A stretch of DNA of 62,401 bases from an uncultured Dehalococcoidia bacterium. Lineage in GTDB: Bacteria > Chloroflexota > Dehalococcoidia > Lucifugimonadales > UBA826. The notes beneath the pieces are model-generated. The model saw only the letters and a list, made by a program, of their open reading frames with translations. It did no database searches and was not told the origin of the DNA. The first letter of the stretch is position 1. The number at the start of each line of letters is the position of its first letter. The stretch is taken from the NCBI GenBank assembly GCA_964343265.1, contig CAYFIW010000005.1, positions 1-62,401 of the forward strand, written 5' to 3'. The translations under genes were made by a program, and so were the position numbers. Positions 21,857 through 31,680 of the stretch are shown here, piece by piece.

Positions 21857-23620
21857 ATGAAAAAACGCCATATAGTAATGATTTTTTGCACATTTAGTTT
21901 CCTACTAACAATTTTATCTGCTTGCAACAATTCCCAAGTGACCAAAGAATCCTTTACAGGAATATCTAGGGGAAAAGTTGAGGGCACGCCCATAGCAACA
22001 CGAGAGATCAACATACCTGATAAACCAAACCAAATAGATTCTACCCCGATAACACAGCCCAAAATTGATAACGCCATCCCTTCAACACCTATTAATAAAA
22101 TATTACAACCCAATCCAACCTCTCCGGTTAAAAAACTAACTAGAGCAGAAAGAAAAGGTAGTTTGAAGATTCCAACTAATTCTTGGTTTTCAAACATGGA
22201 TCCTCATAAAGAGCCATCATCCACTTTTGCTGCCTGGGGTCCCGGAATTGCCTACCATAGGCTGATGAAGTTCACCAATGGACCGAATGTGAAATTACCC
22301 TCAATGAAAACCGAATGTGATATATGCTCAGAATGGCAATTTGAAGACCTTCATACTATTACCTTCACTATAAACTCAGATATTCCTTGGGTGACATCCA
22401 ACGGTTCCACTATTGATACAGTCTCTGCCCAAGACATTGCTTTCAGCCTTAATAGACAAAAAACAGAAGGATGGAGTAATGCGCACATACTACACATGAT
22501 AAAAGACGCGACGGCCATAACTGATTCCAAACTAGAAGTAACGTTATCCGCACCAGATGCAGACCTATTTATCGCACTTGCCAATGGACGCAGTAAGATT
22601 CTGTCTCACAAAAATATTACAGATTTAGAATATCAAATTCCCGAAAACGTTGTATCTTCTGGATCTTGGTTACTTGAAAAAGTTGATAAGAATTCTTCGG
22701 CACTAATGATCGCTAACCCAAATAATTTATCCACCCCACACCTAGACAACATAGAGTTCCACTATTTACCCGAAGCAAAAACTCGGCGCAGTGCCTACCT
22801 CGTAGGCCTGTTAGATATCTATCGAATGGAACAGTTTGAAAAAGATGGTGTTGAATTAGAAATTAAATTAGAAGACCCAAAGCCTGGACTAGGGTTACAA
22901 GTAGTATTCAATACACAAAAAGAGCCATTTAGTAATTTACATCTCAGAAGGTCCGTAATGAATTCAATAAACCCTAAAAACATAATAGAAAATGTTTGGG
23001 GAAATAGAGCCTTTTTCTCCATGGGATACCCAATGATATCTCCGGATTGGGAAGTGGAAGAATCCATATGGTCAACTTATTTTGGAAATCCAGACAAGTC
23101 TTTATCCAAATTAAAACAGCAAGGCCATGAAATCCCGTACCCGATTACTATAACTTCCGCAAATTATGGTGACATGCACATTCAAACACTAAATGTGATT
23201 TCGGATCAATTAACGGTGGGAGGGTTCGATCCATCATTACAAATTTTGAATAGGAGAGAGTTTGGCGAAACAGCTTTGACAAATAGTGACTATCAGATGT
23301 TAGTGGGTCCAACATTTCCACAAACATCCCCCAATGGACATCTCCTTACGCTCCTCCACAGTAAAGGAGTTTGGAACAGGTCAGGCTATTCGAATAGTTT
23401 ATTCGATCAATTATTGGAAACACAGGCATCCCAATTTGATGATAAGAAAAGAAGTCAAAATATCTCAGAAATTAATTTGATTTTATTGAATGAAGGAGTG
23501 AGATTCATGCCAGTAACAATGATTCATATGTGGGCGTGGCATGATCAAATTAAACACTTTTACCCAAACTTTTCATTGGAGGAATATTCTCACTGGGAGC
23601 ATATCAGTCTGATTGATTGA
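21857..23620 (+). CDS. orphan ABC substrate-binding lipoprotein, family 5 (peptide/nickel type), divergent
   Basis: Lipobox LSAC, Pro/Thr linker, MDPH, SAQDIAFSL.R, FNTQKEPF....LRRSV, N.SGYSN..FDQLLE. No adjacent permease. Confidence 0.8.
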   Translation: MKKRHIVMIFCTFSFLLTILSACNNSQVTKESFTGISRGKVEGTPIATREINIPDKPNQIDSTPITQPKIDNAIPSTPINKILQPNPTSPVKKLTRAERKGSLKIPTNSWFSNMDPHKEPSSTFAAWGPGIAYHRLMKFTNGPNVKLPSMKTECDICSEWQFEDLHTITFTINSDIPWVTSNGSTIDTVSAQDIAFSLNRQKTEGWSNAHILHMIKDATAITDSKLEVTLSAPDADLFIALANGRSKILSHKNITDLEYQIPENVVSSGSWLLEKVDKNSSALMIANPNNLSTPHLDNIEFHYLPEAKTRRSAYLVGLLDIYRMEQFEKDGVELEIKLEDPKPGLGLQVVFNTQKEPFSNLHLRRSVMNSINPKNIIENVWGNRAFFSMGYPMISPDWEVEESIWSTYFGNPDKSLSKLKQQGHEIPYPITITSANYGDMHIQTLNVISDQLTVGGFDPSLQILNRREFGETALTNSDYQMLVGPTFPQTSPNGHLLTLLHSKGVWNRSGYSNSLFDQLLETQASQFDDKKRSQNISEINLILLNEGVRFMPVTMIHMWAWHDQIKHFYPNFSLEEYSHWEHISLID

Positions 23621-23649
23621 TGATGCCCTTGTAGAGAACCTAAATCAAG

Positions 23650-24093
23650 TTAATTCGCTAATCCATCGTCGAGAGCACTCCATGCTAGTAAAGCGCATTT
23701 TATTCTAACTGGAAATTTCTTCACTTGGGATATAACTGACAGTTCTCCTAACGATTCATCTAGATCATCAATCCCTGAATCCGTATTTCTCATATGATTT
23801 GTAAACCTGACAAGTTCATCTTTAGCCTGCAGGATACTCATACCTTTTATGTAATCAGACAACAATGATCCAGATGCGATATTTATGGCACATCCTTCCC
23901 CTTGAAAAGATATTTCACTAATCAAATCGTCTAACCCCAATCGGATCTGAATATGAATTTCATCTCCACAAAAAGGATTAACGGCATCTCCTGTAATATC
24001 AGGAAATTTTACTATTCCCTGGTTTCTAGGATTGCGACAATGATCAAGAATAACTTGATCACGATATATCTGGTCTACACTACCCCTCGTCAT
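23650..24093 (-). CDS. sufU: SufU (NifU-like N-terminal domain) Fe-S assembly sulfur-transfer protein, copy 2
   Basis: Y...ILDH..NPRN, NPFCGD, GCAI..AS, FPVRIKCALLAW. Overlaps the sufS stop. Confidence 0.9.
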   Translation of the reverse strand: MTRGSVDQIYRDQVILDHCRNPRNQGIVKFPDITGDAVNPFCGDEIHIQIRLGLDDLISEISFQGEGCAINIASGSLLSDYIKGMSILQAKDELVRFTNHMRNTDSGIDDLDESLGELSVISQVKKFPVRIKCALLAWSALDDGLAN

Positions 24094-25321
24094 TTCGAAA
24101 ATACCTTAAAGAATCAAGCAATCCTTCTACTAAACAGTCGATTTCGTCAAAAGTATTATAAATGTAGAAACTCGCCCTAGCGGTTGCGGAGACGCCTAAG
24201 CTTTTCACGAGAGGCATCGCACAATGATGTCCAGTTCTAACAGCTATGCCCCTCTGGTCCAGAAGTGTACCTAAGTCATGAGGATGTACCTCACCTGTTG
24301 TGAAAGACAATATACCTCCCCTTTTTGAAGCTTCTTTAGGTCCATATAAGGTTATACCTTCCTCTTCCACCAGCTTAAATTTCCGCAAGGCATACGAGGT
24401 CAAATCCTGTTCATATTTATGAATACTCGCCATGCCAATTTCATTTAGATAATCCACTGCTGCACCAAGTCCAATAGCGTCAGCTATGTTGGGAGTTCCT
24501 GCTTCAAACTTCATGGGTAGATCGGCCCAGGATGCATTATCATAGGTAACCTGCAAAACCATTTCACCGCCCGTCAAAAAGGGCTCCATTGTTTCCAAAA
24601 CATCCATCTTTATATACAAGCAACCAATTCCTGTTGGACCTAGCATTTTATGCCCCGAGAATACAAGAAAATCACAATCGATTTCTTGAACATCAGTCGG
24701 CATATGAGGAACACTCTGTGCACCGTCTACGACCATCTTTGCACCCACTGAATGGGCAATTTTCGTCAATTCTTCTACAGGATTAATAGTGCCCAAAGCA
24801 TTAGACATATGAACAGCAGAAACTATTTTGGTGTTCTGATTAATTATTTCATCGATATTTTCTAGATCTAATTCCCCGTTCTCATTCATAGGGATAAAAA
24901 CGATTTTCGCATCATTCTTTCGGGCAATTTCTTGCCAGGGCACCAAGTTACTGTGATGTTCCATAGGAGTTAGAACAATTTCATCTCCGGGATATAAATT
25001 AACACTAGCCCACGAATGTACTATTAAATTTAGACTTTCAGATGCATTTCGAGTCCATATTAATGACTGAGAAGTCTCAGAATTTATAAAACTAGAAACC
25101 TTTTCCCGGGCTTCTTCAAATAGATCCGTTGCTTCCATACTTAAAGAATGAACACCTCTATGTACATTGGAATTAGAATTCTCGTAATAATTTACTAATG
25201 ACTCAATAACTTGTCTGGGTTTTTGTGTTGTTGCAGCATTGTCTAAATAAACAAGCTGACTGCCATTAATTTTCCTCTCTAATATTGGAAAATCCTTTCT
25301 AATATTTTGAACGTCGATCAT
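24080..25321 (-). CDS. sufS: group II cysteine desulfurase
   Basis: YLDNAATTQKP, NVHRGVH, MEHHSNLVPW, DGAQ, SGHKMLGPTG (PLP Lys), RTGHHCA. Confidence 0.96.
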   Translation of the reverse strand: MIDVQNIRKDFPILERKINGSQLVYLDNAATTQKPRQVIESLVNYYENSNSNVHRGVHSLSMEATDLFEEAREKVSSFINSETSQSLIWTRNASESLNLIVHSWASVNLYPGDEIVLTPMEHHSNLVPWQEIARKNDAKIVFIPMNENGELDLENIDEIINQNTKIVSAVHMSNALGTINPVEELTKIAHSVGAKMVVDGAQSVPHMPTDVQEIDCDFLVFSGHKMLGPTGIGCLYIKMDVLETMEPFLTGGEMVLQVTYDNASWADLPMKFEAGTPNIADAIGLGAAVDYLNEIGMASIHKYEQDLTSYALRKFKLVEEEGITLYGPKEASKRGGILSFTTGEVHPHDLGTLLDQRGIAVRTGHHCAMPLVKSLGVSATARASFYIYNTFDEIDCLVEGLLDSLRYFRNDEG

Positions 25322-25360
25322 CTTAAAACCACCTTGTAATATGGCGAATTTATCAATCTA

Positions 25361-25816
25361 TTAGACATTTGTTGGTACATTTAGTACAAAATCAAAATCC
25401 GAAATTCTTTTGGTCTTATCTGCCAACATATCGATAGTCGTGGAATCTAAAATACTGAATACAGCATCTTCAACATTCTTCCAAACATCTTTTTGGGCAC
25501 AGCATGACTGAAATACACAAAAATTTGAGTTTTCGAAACATTGAACCAAATTTTCAGAACTATCTAAACTATCCATCACGTCACTGAGTCGTATTTGATC
25601 TGGAGGAATTGCCAAAGCATGACCTCCACTAGGCCCACGAGTACTTTTGACGAATCCCGACCTCCTTAACGCATGTAAAACTTGAGCGAGATATGCTTTT
25701 GGTATTGAGGCCCGACGTGAAGTATCAGCTGCTCTAACGGATTCACCTTCATTTCCATAAATCGCAAGATCAATTAAGGCTCTCACACCGTAATCAACTT
25801 TAATTGGAACATGCAT
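25361..25816 (-). CDS. Rrf2 family transcriptional regulator (IscR-like, Cys-rich C-terminus)
   Basis: DYGVRALIDLA, YLAQVL..LRR.G.V.STRGP.GG..LA, C-x7-C-x4-CC. Confidence 0.9.
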   Translation of the reverse strand: MHVPIKVDYGVRALIDLAIYGNEGESVRAADTSRRASIPKAYLAQVLHALRRSGFVKSTRGPSGGHALAIPPDQIRLSDVMDSLDSSENLVQCFENSNFCVFQSCCAQKDVWKNVEDAVFSILDSTTIDMLADKTKRISDFDFVLNVPTNV

Positions 25817-25875
25817 CGAAAAACCTCCTTGAATGAGTTTCTACGATATCCATTTTGGCGCAATAAGCGAAATCT

Positions 25876-26331
25876 TCACTCAGTAGTTACTGTCTCACTC
25901 TCATCATCGTTCAAAGCAGATTGCAACGCATGCCAGGACAACGTTGCACATTTGATCCTAGCCGGATATTGAGAAACTCCTTGCAGAATTTCAAGGTCGC
26001 CAAGAATTTCAGATTTAAATTCTTCTCCTGGTTTCTTGGTAATCATCTTCCTAAAAGATTCAAATATAGTTCTTGTTTGTTCTAAGCTCTTGCCTTTGAT
26101 ACTTTCAGTCATCATTGAGGCTGATGATTTGGAAATAGCACAGCCCGTTCCATTAAAAGATACGTCTATAATCTTCCCTTCCATTACTTCCAAAAAAACA
26201 GTCACTTCATCACCACATACAGGATTAAAACCATTTGCTTCATTAGTTGGATTTTCTAAGGCACCAAAATTTCTAGGCCGCCTGTTATGATCCATGACAA
26301 TTTCTTGATAAAGCTCTTGAAGGTCAAACAT
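25876..26331 (-). CDS. sufU: SufU Fe-S assembly sulfur-transfer protein, copy 1
   Basis: LQELYQEIVMDH..RPRNFG, NPVCGD, GCAISKSSASMM, YPARIKCATLSW. Confidence 0.93.
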   Translation of the reverse strand: MFDLQELYQEIVMDHNRRPRNFGALENPTNEANGFNPVCGDEVTVFLEVMEGKIIDVSFNGTGCAISKSSASMMTESIKGKSLEQTRTIFESFRKMITKKPGEEFKSEILGDLEILQGVSQYPARIKCATLSWHALQSALNDDESETVTTE

Positions 26332-26333
26332 GC

Positions 26334-27659
26334 TTAAAACTCGAACCTGTAACTTGGTAGTGAATTTAGGAATATCTGTTCGAGATATTCCTTCAAGGGA
26401 ACGATTTCCACTTTGTCTATGATTTCTCCTGCAAACCCATATATGAGAAGCCTACTAGCCGTTTCAATGTCGACTCCTCTACTTCTCATATAAAACACGG
26501 TATCTGCATCTATATTGCCTGCTGTTGCACCGTGAGCACATTTGACATCGTCAGCATATATAAACAAAGCAGGTTTGCTATCAACTTCAGCATGAGGAGA
26601 AAGTAAAAGATTCTTATCGGATTGCACAGAGTCAGTCTTCTGAGCAGCTTGTCTTACCAGTACAGTTCCACCAAATACAGCTTTAGACCTACCGTCTAGA
26701 ATACCTTTATAGAACAGATTGCTACTCCCATTAGGCTTTGAGTGATCAATATTTACAAAGTTATCCATATGTTGAGAATTTGAAGTGAAATATAGACCCT
26801 GTAAATCACATGAAGCCCCTTCACCGTCTACCAGTACTTCCAGATCATACCTGCCTATGTCAGATCCTTTGAAAAATGTCCTTGAGTTAAATACTGAATC
26901 CTTATCCAATTTGACTCGACCATAGCCAATATCGAAAGTTTGATCACTTTCAGACAGCAACCGATAATGTCTTATCTGAGCCCCCTCACCTACGAAAATT
27001 TCAGAAACGGAATTCGTGAGTGTTATAGAGCCGCTTCCACCGACATAGCTCTCTATAATTGACGCAAAACTATTGGGCCTTGCAACTACCAAGACACGTG
27101 GGTGTGAGACTGTATTTTCCGAGCCATTATTAAAAAACACGATATTGACAGGCACATCAACGACTGAATCATTCTCAATCTCTATCGCTACGCCATCAGA
27201 AAGGAAAGCAGTATTTAAAGCCGCGAAACCATCATCAGATATGTTTATAGTTTTCCCAAGATATTCAGAAATGATCTCAGAAGGACTTTTCTTTTCTATT
27301 TCATCCGAGATGTTAATTAATTTAATTCCAGGCACGTTACCGAGATTAGATAAATCGGATCTGAATTTACCATTTACGAAAATTATGTTTACCCATGATT
27401 CGTGCCAAGGAGAAGAATTTTTTACCTCATCTAAAGATAAGGAGGCATAATTCGCAATTCTGTATTTATTTTTAGCAACAGGCCCGACATTGGTGTATTT
27501 CCATTTTTCGTTGCCTCGCCTTTCCAAAGGCAGTCCTATATCACTAAACACCTTCATTCCATACCTACGGAAATCCCCGGCCCACTCTGTACAATTATCT
27601 TGCAAAGAGTCAAATTCTTCACCGTGATACACATTTTCCGGAGAGGATTTCTGCATCAC
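26334..27659 (-). CDS. sufD: Fe-S cluster assembly protein SufD
   Basis: EKWKYTN, FVNG, ALNTAF, LLLS..AEVDSKP.L.IYADDVKCAHGAT.G, FYMRSRG. Confidence 0.94.
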   Translation of the reverse strand: MMQKSSPENVYHGEEFDSLQDNCTEWAGDFRRYGMKVFSDIGLPLERRGNEKWKYTNVGPVAKNKYRIANYASLSLDEVKNSSPWHESWVNIIFVNGKFRSDLSNLGNVPGIKLINISDEIEKKSPSEIISEYLGKTINISDDGFAALNTAFLSDGVAIEIENDSVVDVPVNIVFFNNGSENTVSHPRVLVVARPNSFASIIESYVGGSGSITLTNSVSEIFVGEGAQIRHYRLLSESDQTFDIGYGRVKLDKDSVFNSRTFFKGSDIGRYDLEVLVDGEGASCDLQGLYFTSNSQHMDNFVNIDHSKPNGSSNLFYKGILDGRSKAVFGGTVLVRQAAQKTDSVQSDKNLLLSPHAEVDSKPALFIYADDVKCAHGATAGNIDADTVFYMRSRGVDIETASRLLIYGFAGEIIDKVEIVPLKEYLEQIFLNSLPSYRFEF

Positions 27660-28438
27660 TCTGCACCTTCAGAAACAATAGACTCACGGATCCATTCATA
27701 ACCCTTTTGCTCTAACTCTAGGGCAAGATTACTTCCTCCAGACTTAACAATTTGGCCATCAACCAAAACATGAACATGGTCTGGAGTTATATAGTCCAAT
27801 ATCCGTTGATAATGCGTAACAAGCAAAACAGATTTTTCAGGACCTCGAAAATTATTTACACCCTCCGAAACAATTCTCAATGCGTCTATATCCAATCCCG
27901 AGTCCGTCTCATCGAGTAATGCCAAAGCAGGATCTAGTAAAGCCAATTGCAATATTTCGTTTCTTTTTTTCTCTCCGCCTGAAAACCCTTCATTAACAGA
28001 TCTCTTAACCAAGTCTGAATCCATTTCAACAAGATTTCTCTTTTCTTCCAACAAATTGTCAAAATCTCTTACACCCAATTCATCCATACCTTTTTCTTTT
28101 CTAACTGCATCCACAGCTGCCTTCAGAAATTGCCACGTCCTAACTCCAGGTAATTCCACAGGATATTGAAATGCGAGAAAAATACCACTACGGGCTCGTA
28201 TTTCAGGATCAAAATCAAGAATACTTTGACCTTTGTACTTAATATCACCGAAATTAACCGTATAGCCTGGCCTTCCCGCTATAACATTTGCAAGAGTACT
28301 CTTACCGGATCCGTTTGGTCCCATTATGGCGTGAACTTCGCCAACACCAATGTTTAGATTAATCCCGTTCAATATTTTTGTATCTTCCACTGATGCGTGA
28401 AGATCTACTATTTCTAATAAACTACTTGTACTTGTCAT
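27656..28438 (-). CDS. sufC: Fe-S cluster assembly ATPase SufC
   Basis: MGPNGSGKST, GIFLAFQYP, NEGFSGGEKKRNEILQ, LDETDSGLDIDAL. Confidence 0.97.
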   Translation of the reverse strand: MTSTSSLLEIVDLHASVEDTKILNGINLNIGVGEVHAIMGPNGSGKSTLANVIAGRPGYTVNFGDIKYKGQSILDFDPEIRARSGIFLAFQYPVELPGVRTWQFLKAAVDAVRKEKGMDELGVRDFDNLLEEKRNLVEMDSDLVKRSVNEGFSGGEKKRNEILQLALLDPALALLDETDSGLDIDALRIVSEGVNNFRGPEKSVLLVTHYQRILDYITPDHVHVLVDGQIVKSGGSNLALELEQKGYEWIRESIVSEGAE

Positions 28439-29902
28439 TTATCCAACCGTACCTTCCAAGCTAACTCTTAACAATTGTGATGCCTCCATAGCAAATTCAA
28501 ATGGCAACTCCTTAAATATTCCACGGCAGAAGCCATTGATTACCATGTAGTTCGCTTCTTCAAGATCAATTCCTCTCTGTTGTAAATAGAAAAGTTGATC
28601 ATCATTAACCTTTGAGGTGGTTGCCTCATGACCCATCTGCGCACTGGGATTTCTCACCTCGATATATGGAACTGTATGAGCACCACACTCATCGCCAATC
28701 AGCAGCGAATCACACTGAGTGAAATTCTTTGCATTATCAGCATTAGGCAGTATAGACACCTGACCTCGATAGGTATTCTCGGCTTTCCCTGCCGAAATGC
28801 CTTTAGCAATTATGGTGCTTTTGGTGTTTTTACCAATATGAATCATTTTAGTGCCTGTATCTGCCTGTTGATGATTGTTAACAAGCGCCACAGAGTAAAA
28901 TTCACCTACAGAATTATCTCCTTGTAAAATAACGCTAGGATATTTCCATGTTATTGCAGAGCCAGTTTCCACCTGTGTCCAAGAAATTTTGGAGTTTTCG
29001 CCTCTTGCTGCCCCTCTTTTTGTAACAAAATTGTAAACCCCTCCGTTGCCATCTTTGTCTCCTGGGTACCAGTTTTGGAGCGTAGAATACTTAATTTCTG
29101 CATCTTTAAGAGCAACAAGTTCAACGACAGCAGCGTGCAACTGATGTTTTTTTCTCATGGGGGCCGTACAACCTTCTAAATAGCTAACATAGCTCCCTTC
29201 ATCCGCAATTATCAAAGTCCTCTCAAATTGTCCCGAATCAACTTCATTTATTCGAAAATAAGTCATGAGCTCAATAGGACATCTCACACCTGGAGGCACA
29301 TAACAGAATGACCCGTCACTGAATACTGCGGAATTTAAAGTTGCATAAAAATTATCACTATAAGGAACAACAGAACCCAAATACTTTTGTACCAATTCTG
29401 GATATTTTTGAACTGCTTCACTAATCGGACAAAATATCACTCCGGCTTCTTGTAACATGTCTTGGTACGTTGTAGCCACAGAGACGCTGTCCAATACAGC
29501 ATCGACTGCCACTCCACTAAGCTTTTTCTGTTCCTCAAGAGGGATTCCTAGCTTATCAAATGCCTGTAGTAACTCAGGATCAACTTCATCCAGACTGCTT
29601 GGCGCGTCATCCTTACTTTTAGGAGCAGCGTAGTAGATGATATCTTGGAAATCGATATCTTCAAACACGACTTTAGCCCACTTAGGGGCAGCGTCATCAC
29701 CTTGATTCTGCCAATGTTTAAATGCTTTCAACCGCCAATTAAGCATCCATTCCGGTTCTTCTTTTTTAGCAGATATGAATCTAACTATCCCTTCATTTAA
29801 TCCCTTTGGGGCTAAATCAGATTCAATATCAAAATCGAACCCCCATTTATATTGATTGTCCTCAACTCCCGTTTGACGGGAAATGACCTTTTGTTCGGTC
29901 AT
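28439..29902 (-). CDS. sufB: Fe-S cluster assembly protein SufB
   Basis: [49 protein letters not shown]. Confidence 0.97.
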   Translation of the reverse strand: MTEQKVISRQTGVEDNQYKWGFDFDIESDLAPKGLNEGIVRFISAKKEEPEWMLNWRLKAFKHWQNQGDDAAPKWAKVVFEDIDFQDIIYYAAPKSKDDAPSSLDEVDPELLQAFDKLGIPLEEQKKLSGVAVDAVLDSVSVATTYQDMLQEAGVIFCPISEAVQKYPELVQKYLGSVVPYSDNFYATLNSAVFSDGSFCYVPPGVRCPIELMTYFRINEVDSGQFERTLIIADEGSYVSYLEGCTAPMRKKHQLHAAVVELVALKDAEIKYSTLQNWYPGDKDGNGGVYNFVTKRGAARGENSKISWTQVETGSAITWKYPSVILQGDNSVGEFYSVALVNNHQQADTGTKMIHIGKNTKSTIIAKGISAGKAENTYRGQVSILPNADNAKNFTQCDSLLIGDECGAHTVPYIEVRNPSAQMGHEATTSKVNDDQLFYLQQRGIDLEEANYMVINGFCRGIFKELPFEFAMEASQLLRVSLEGTVG

Positions 29903-29992
29903 ACGTGCACTCTCTCCTTTAGATACAAACCACCACGTTGCGTATCAAAATTATATTAAAAGCTCGGAGATAAAGGATGAATTCCTCTGTGA

Positions 29993-30024
29993 TTTATATA
30001 TTTGTTGATCCTTCGGGTCAACAA
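29993..30024 (-). promoter_or_regulatory. putative suf promoter (TTGACC-N17-TATAAA) overlapped by inverted repeat TTGTTGA-N9-TCAACAA (candidate Rrf2 operator)
   Basis: Inverted repeat at 30002-30024. Minus-strand -35 at 30021-30016 and -10 at 29998-29993. Confidence 0.55.
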
Positions 30025-30072
30025 TACACAGATAAAATATATCATTCAGCTATCAATGGGTCAAAAACACAC

Positions 30073-30972
30073 TTACCCAGACGATTCAAGTAGCTCCGCT
30101 AAATAATACTTAGCAAGTTTTCCATCTACACTTTTAGCAATATTGATACTTTGAATCCCTGAAGTCATTAATGTTCTTCCAATCTCATTACCGGACTGAA
30201 CCACAGTAATTTCGCTCTGAACATATTCTACAACCTCAGGATATAGGCAACTTATTAAAGCTAAGGGATCGCAAAGTGGATAAATGTCTTTATCGTTATG
30301 AAATGAAAACCATGACGACAATATATTTTTACATATTTCCTGACCCTTCGATCCATTGGTATATCGTGGCCAAGGTAGCTCATTCCGAGATATCGAAACA
30401 GTATTGCAAACGTCCAATCCAACCACGTACATGGGAACATCAATAGAGAAAACTTCACCTGCTGCAACCGGATCATCAAATATGTTGAATTCCGCCCATG
30501 TCCTTACGTTTCCCTTACACTGAAATGCTCCACCCATGATAATGATTTTATCAATTAAGTTCATAACTTCAGGATCATCCCTAAGACAATTTGCTATATT
30601 TGTTAGTGGCCCCAAAGCTAACAAAGTAACTTCATTAGGGTAGTTACGTACAGACTCCTTGATAAAATCCACCGCTTGAATATTTGATTTCTGTCTATTG
30701 CTAGAATCGATTTCAGCTAATAACCCATCCGGACCATGGTACTCATATGCGTACTGATATTCCCCCTCTAAAGGCCTCGAAGCACCAGGATACACATCGA
30801 CATCTTCACGGCCTAGGAAATCAAGAACGCTGAGACAGTTTCTTATACCGAGTTCCAATGGGACATTTCCACCCACCACAGTCAAACCTAAAATATCGAT
30901 TTCTGCTCCGTTAGCAGCTGCAATAGCCAAAGCATCATCGGTGCCTGGGTCAGTATCGATAATTAATTTCAC
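30073..30972 (-). CDS. inosine/uridine-preferring nucleoside hydrolase family protein
   Basis: IIDTDPGTDD, HGPDGL, LGPLTNIA, MGGA..GN...AEFNI..DP.AA, GLDV, LCDP. Confidence 0.92.
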   Translation of the reverse strand: MKLIIDTDPGTDDALAIAAANGAEIDILGLTVVGGNVPLELGIRNCLSVLDFLGREDVDVYPGASRPLEGEYQYAYEYHGPDGLLAEIDSSNRQKSNIQAVDFIKESVRNYPNEVTLLALGPLTNIANCLRDDPEVMNLIDKIIIMGGAFQCKGNVRTWAEFNIFDDPVAAGEVFSIDVPMYVVGLDVCNTVSISRNELPWPRYTNGSKGQEICKNILSSWFSFHNDKDIYPLCDPLALISCLYPEVVEYVQSEITVVQSGNEIGRTLMTSGIQSINIAKSVDGKLAKYYLAELLESSG

Positions 30973-31037
30973 AAAACCTGTTAGTCCTCAAGTTTGGATA
31001 ATATTGAAATAATATGAAGATTTAATAGAGTCGGTAT

Positions 31038-31523
31038 TCATGAACCCAAGATTTGTATTATCACTTCCCTGTAGCCCACTTGCTCCGCCTTCTCGCCATC
31101 TAATTCCACCATAAACACCCTTTGCCATTCCCCCAAAGTCATTTTTCCCTCAACCAACGGAATAGTCTCACTGGACCCAAGAACAAGATGCTGGCAATGA
31201 GAATGACCATTTGGGCATTCATTTTCGTGCATATGGACAGTCCTGACATCAAAATCGTTATGACGATAGCTGGCATCACTGGAGGCAATTTTTTCCAGCA
31301 GACCCTTAAAATCTTCTAACAACAAGGGCTCGTTTTCTTGTATCACCACTGCTGCAGTCGTATGTTTGGAAAAGACAACGACCATGCCTTGAGTAACACC
31401 AGATGATTGTATAAAACCTTGAACATCATCTGTTATATCAATGAATTCGGGCGAAACTGACGACTCTACATTTAAAGTATACGTACAAGTTTTCATTATT
31501 AATTCAGAAACTTTCATATACAC
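31038..31523 (-). CDS. YjbQ / UPF0047 family protein
   Basis: FIDITD, HTTAAV.I.ENE, Y.H, NGHSH...LG, LGEWQRVF.VELDG. Confidence 0.9.
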   Translation of the reverse strand: MYMKVSELIMKTCTYTLNVESSVSPEFIDITDDVQGFIQSSGVTQGMVVVFSKHTTAAVVIQENEPLLLEDFKGLLEKIASSDASYRHNDFDVRTVHMHENECPNGHSHCQHLVLGSSETIPLVEGKMTLGEWQRVFMVELDGEKAEQVGYREVIIQILGS

Positions 31524-31680
31524 ACAACCTCACGAAGTCAGAAATTTACCAATTATCCTGTAAATTCACTGTACATTAATTGCTACTAATGGTTCACTCA
31601 TAATATTTTTCTGCTGAACCATTCTAAACCTTTTAGATAAACCATTCATCCTAATAAAGTTATCTAACTTTCATTCTAGG

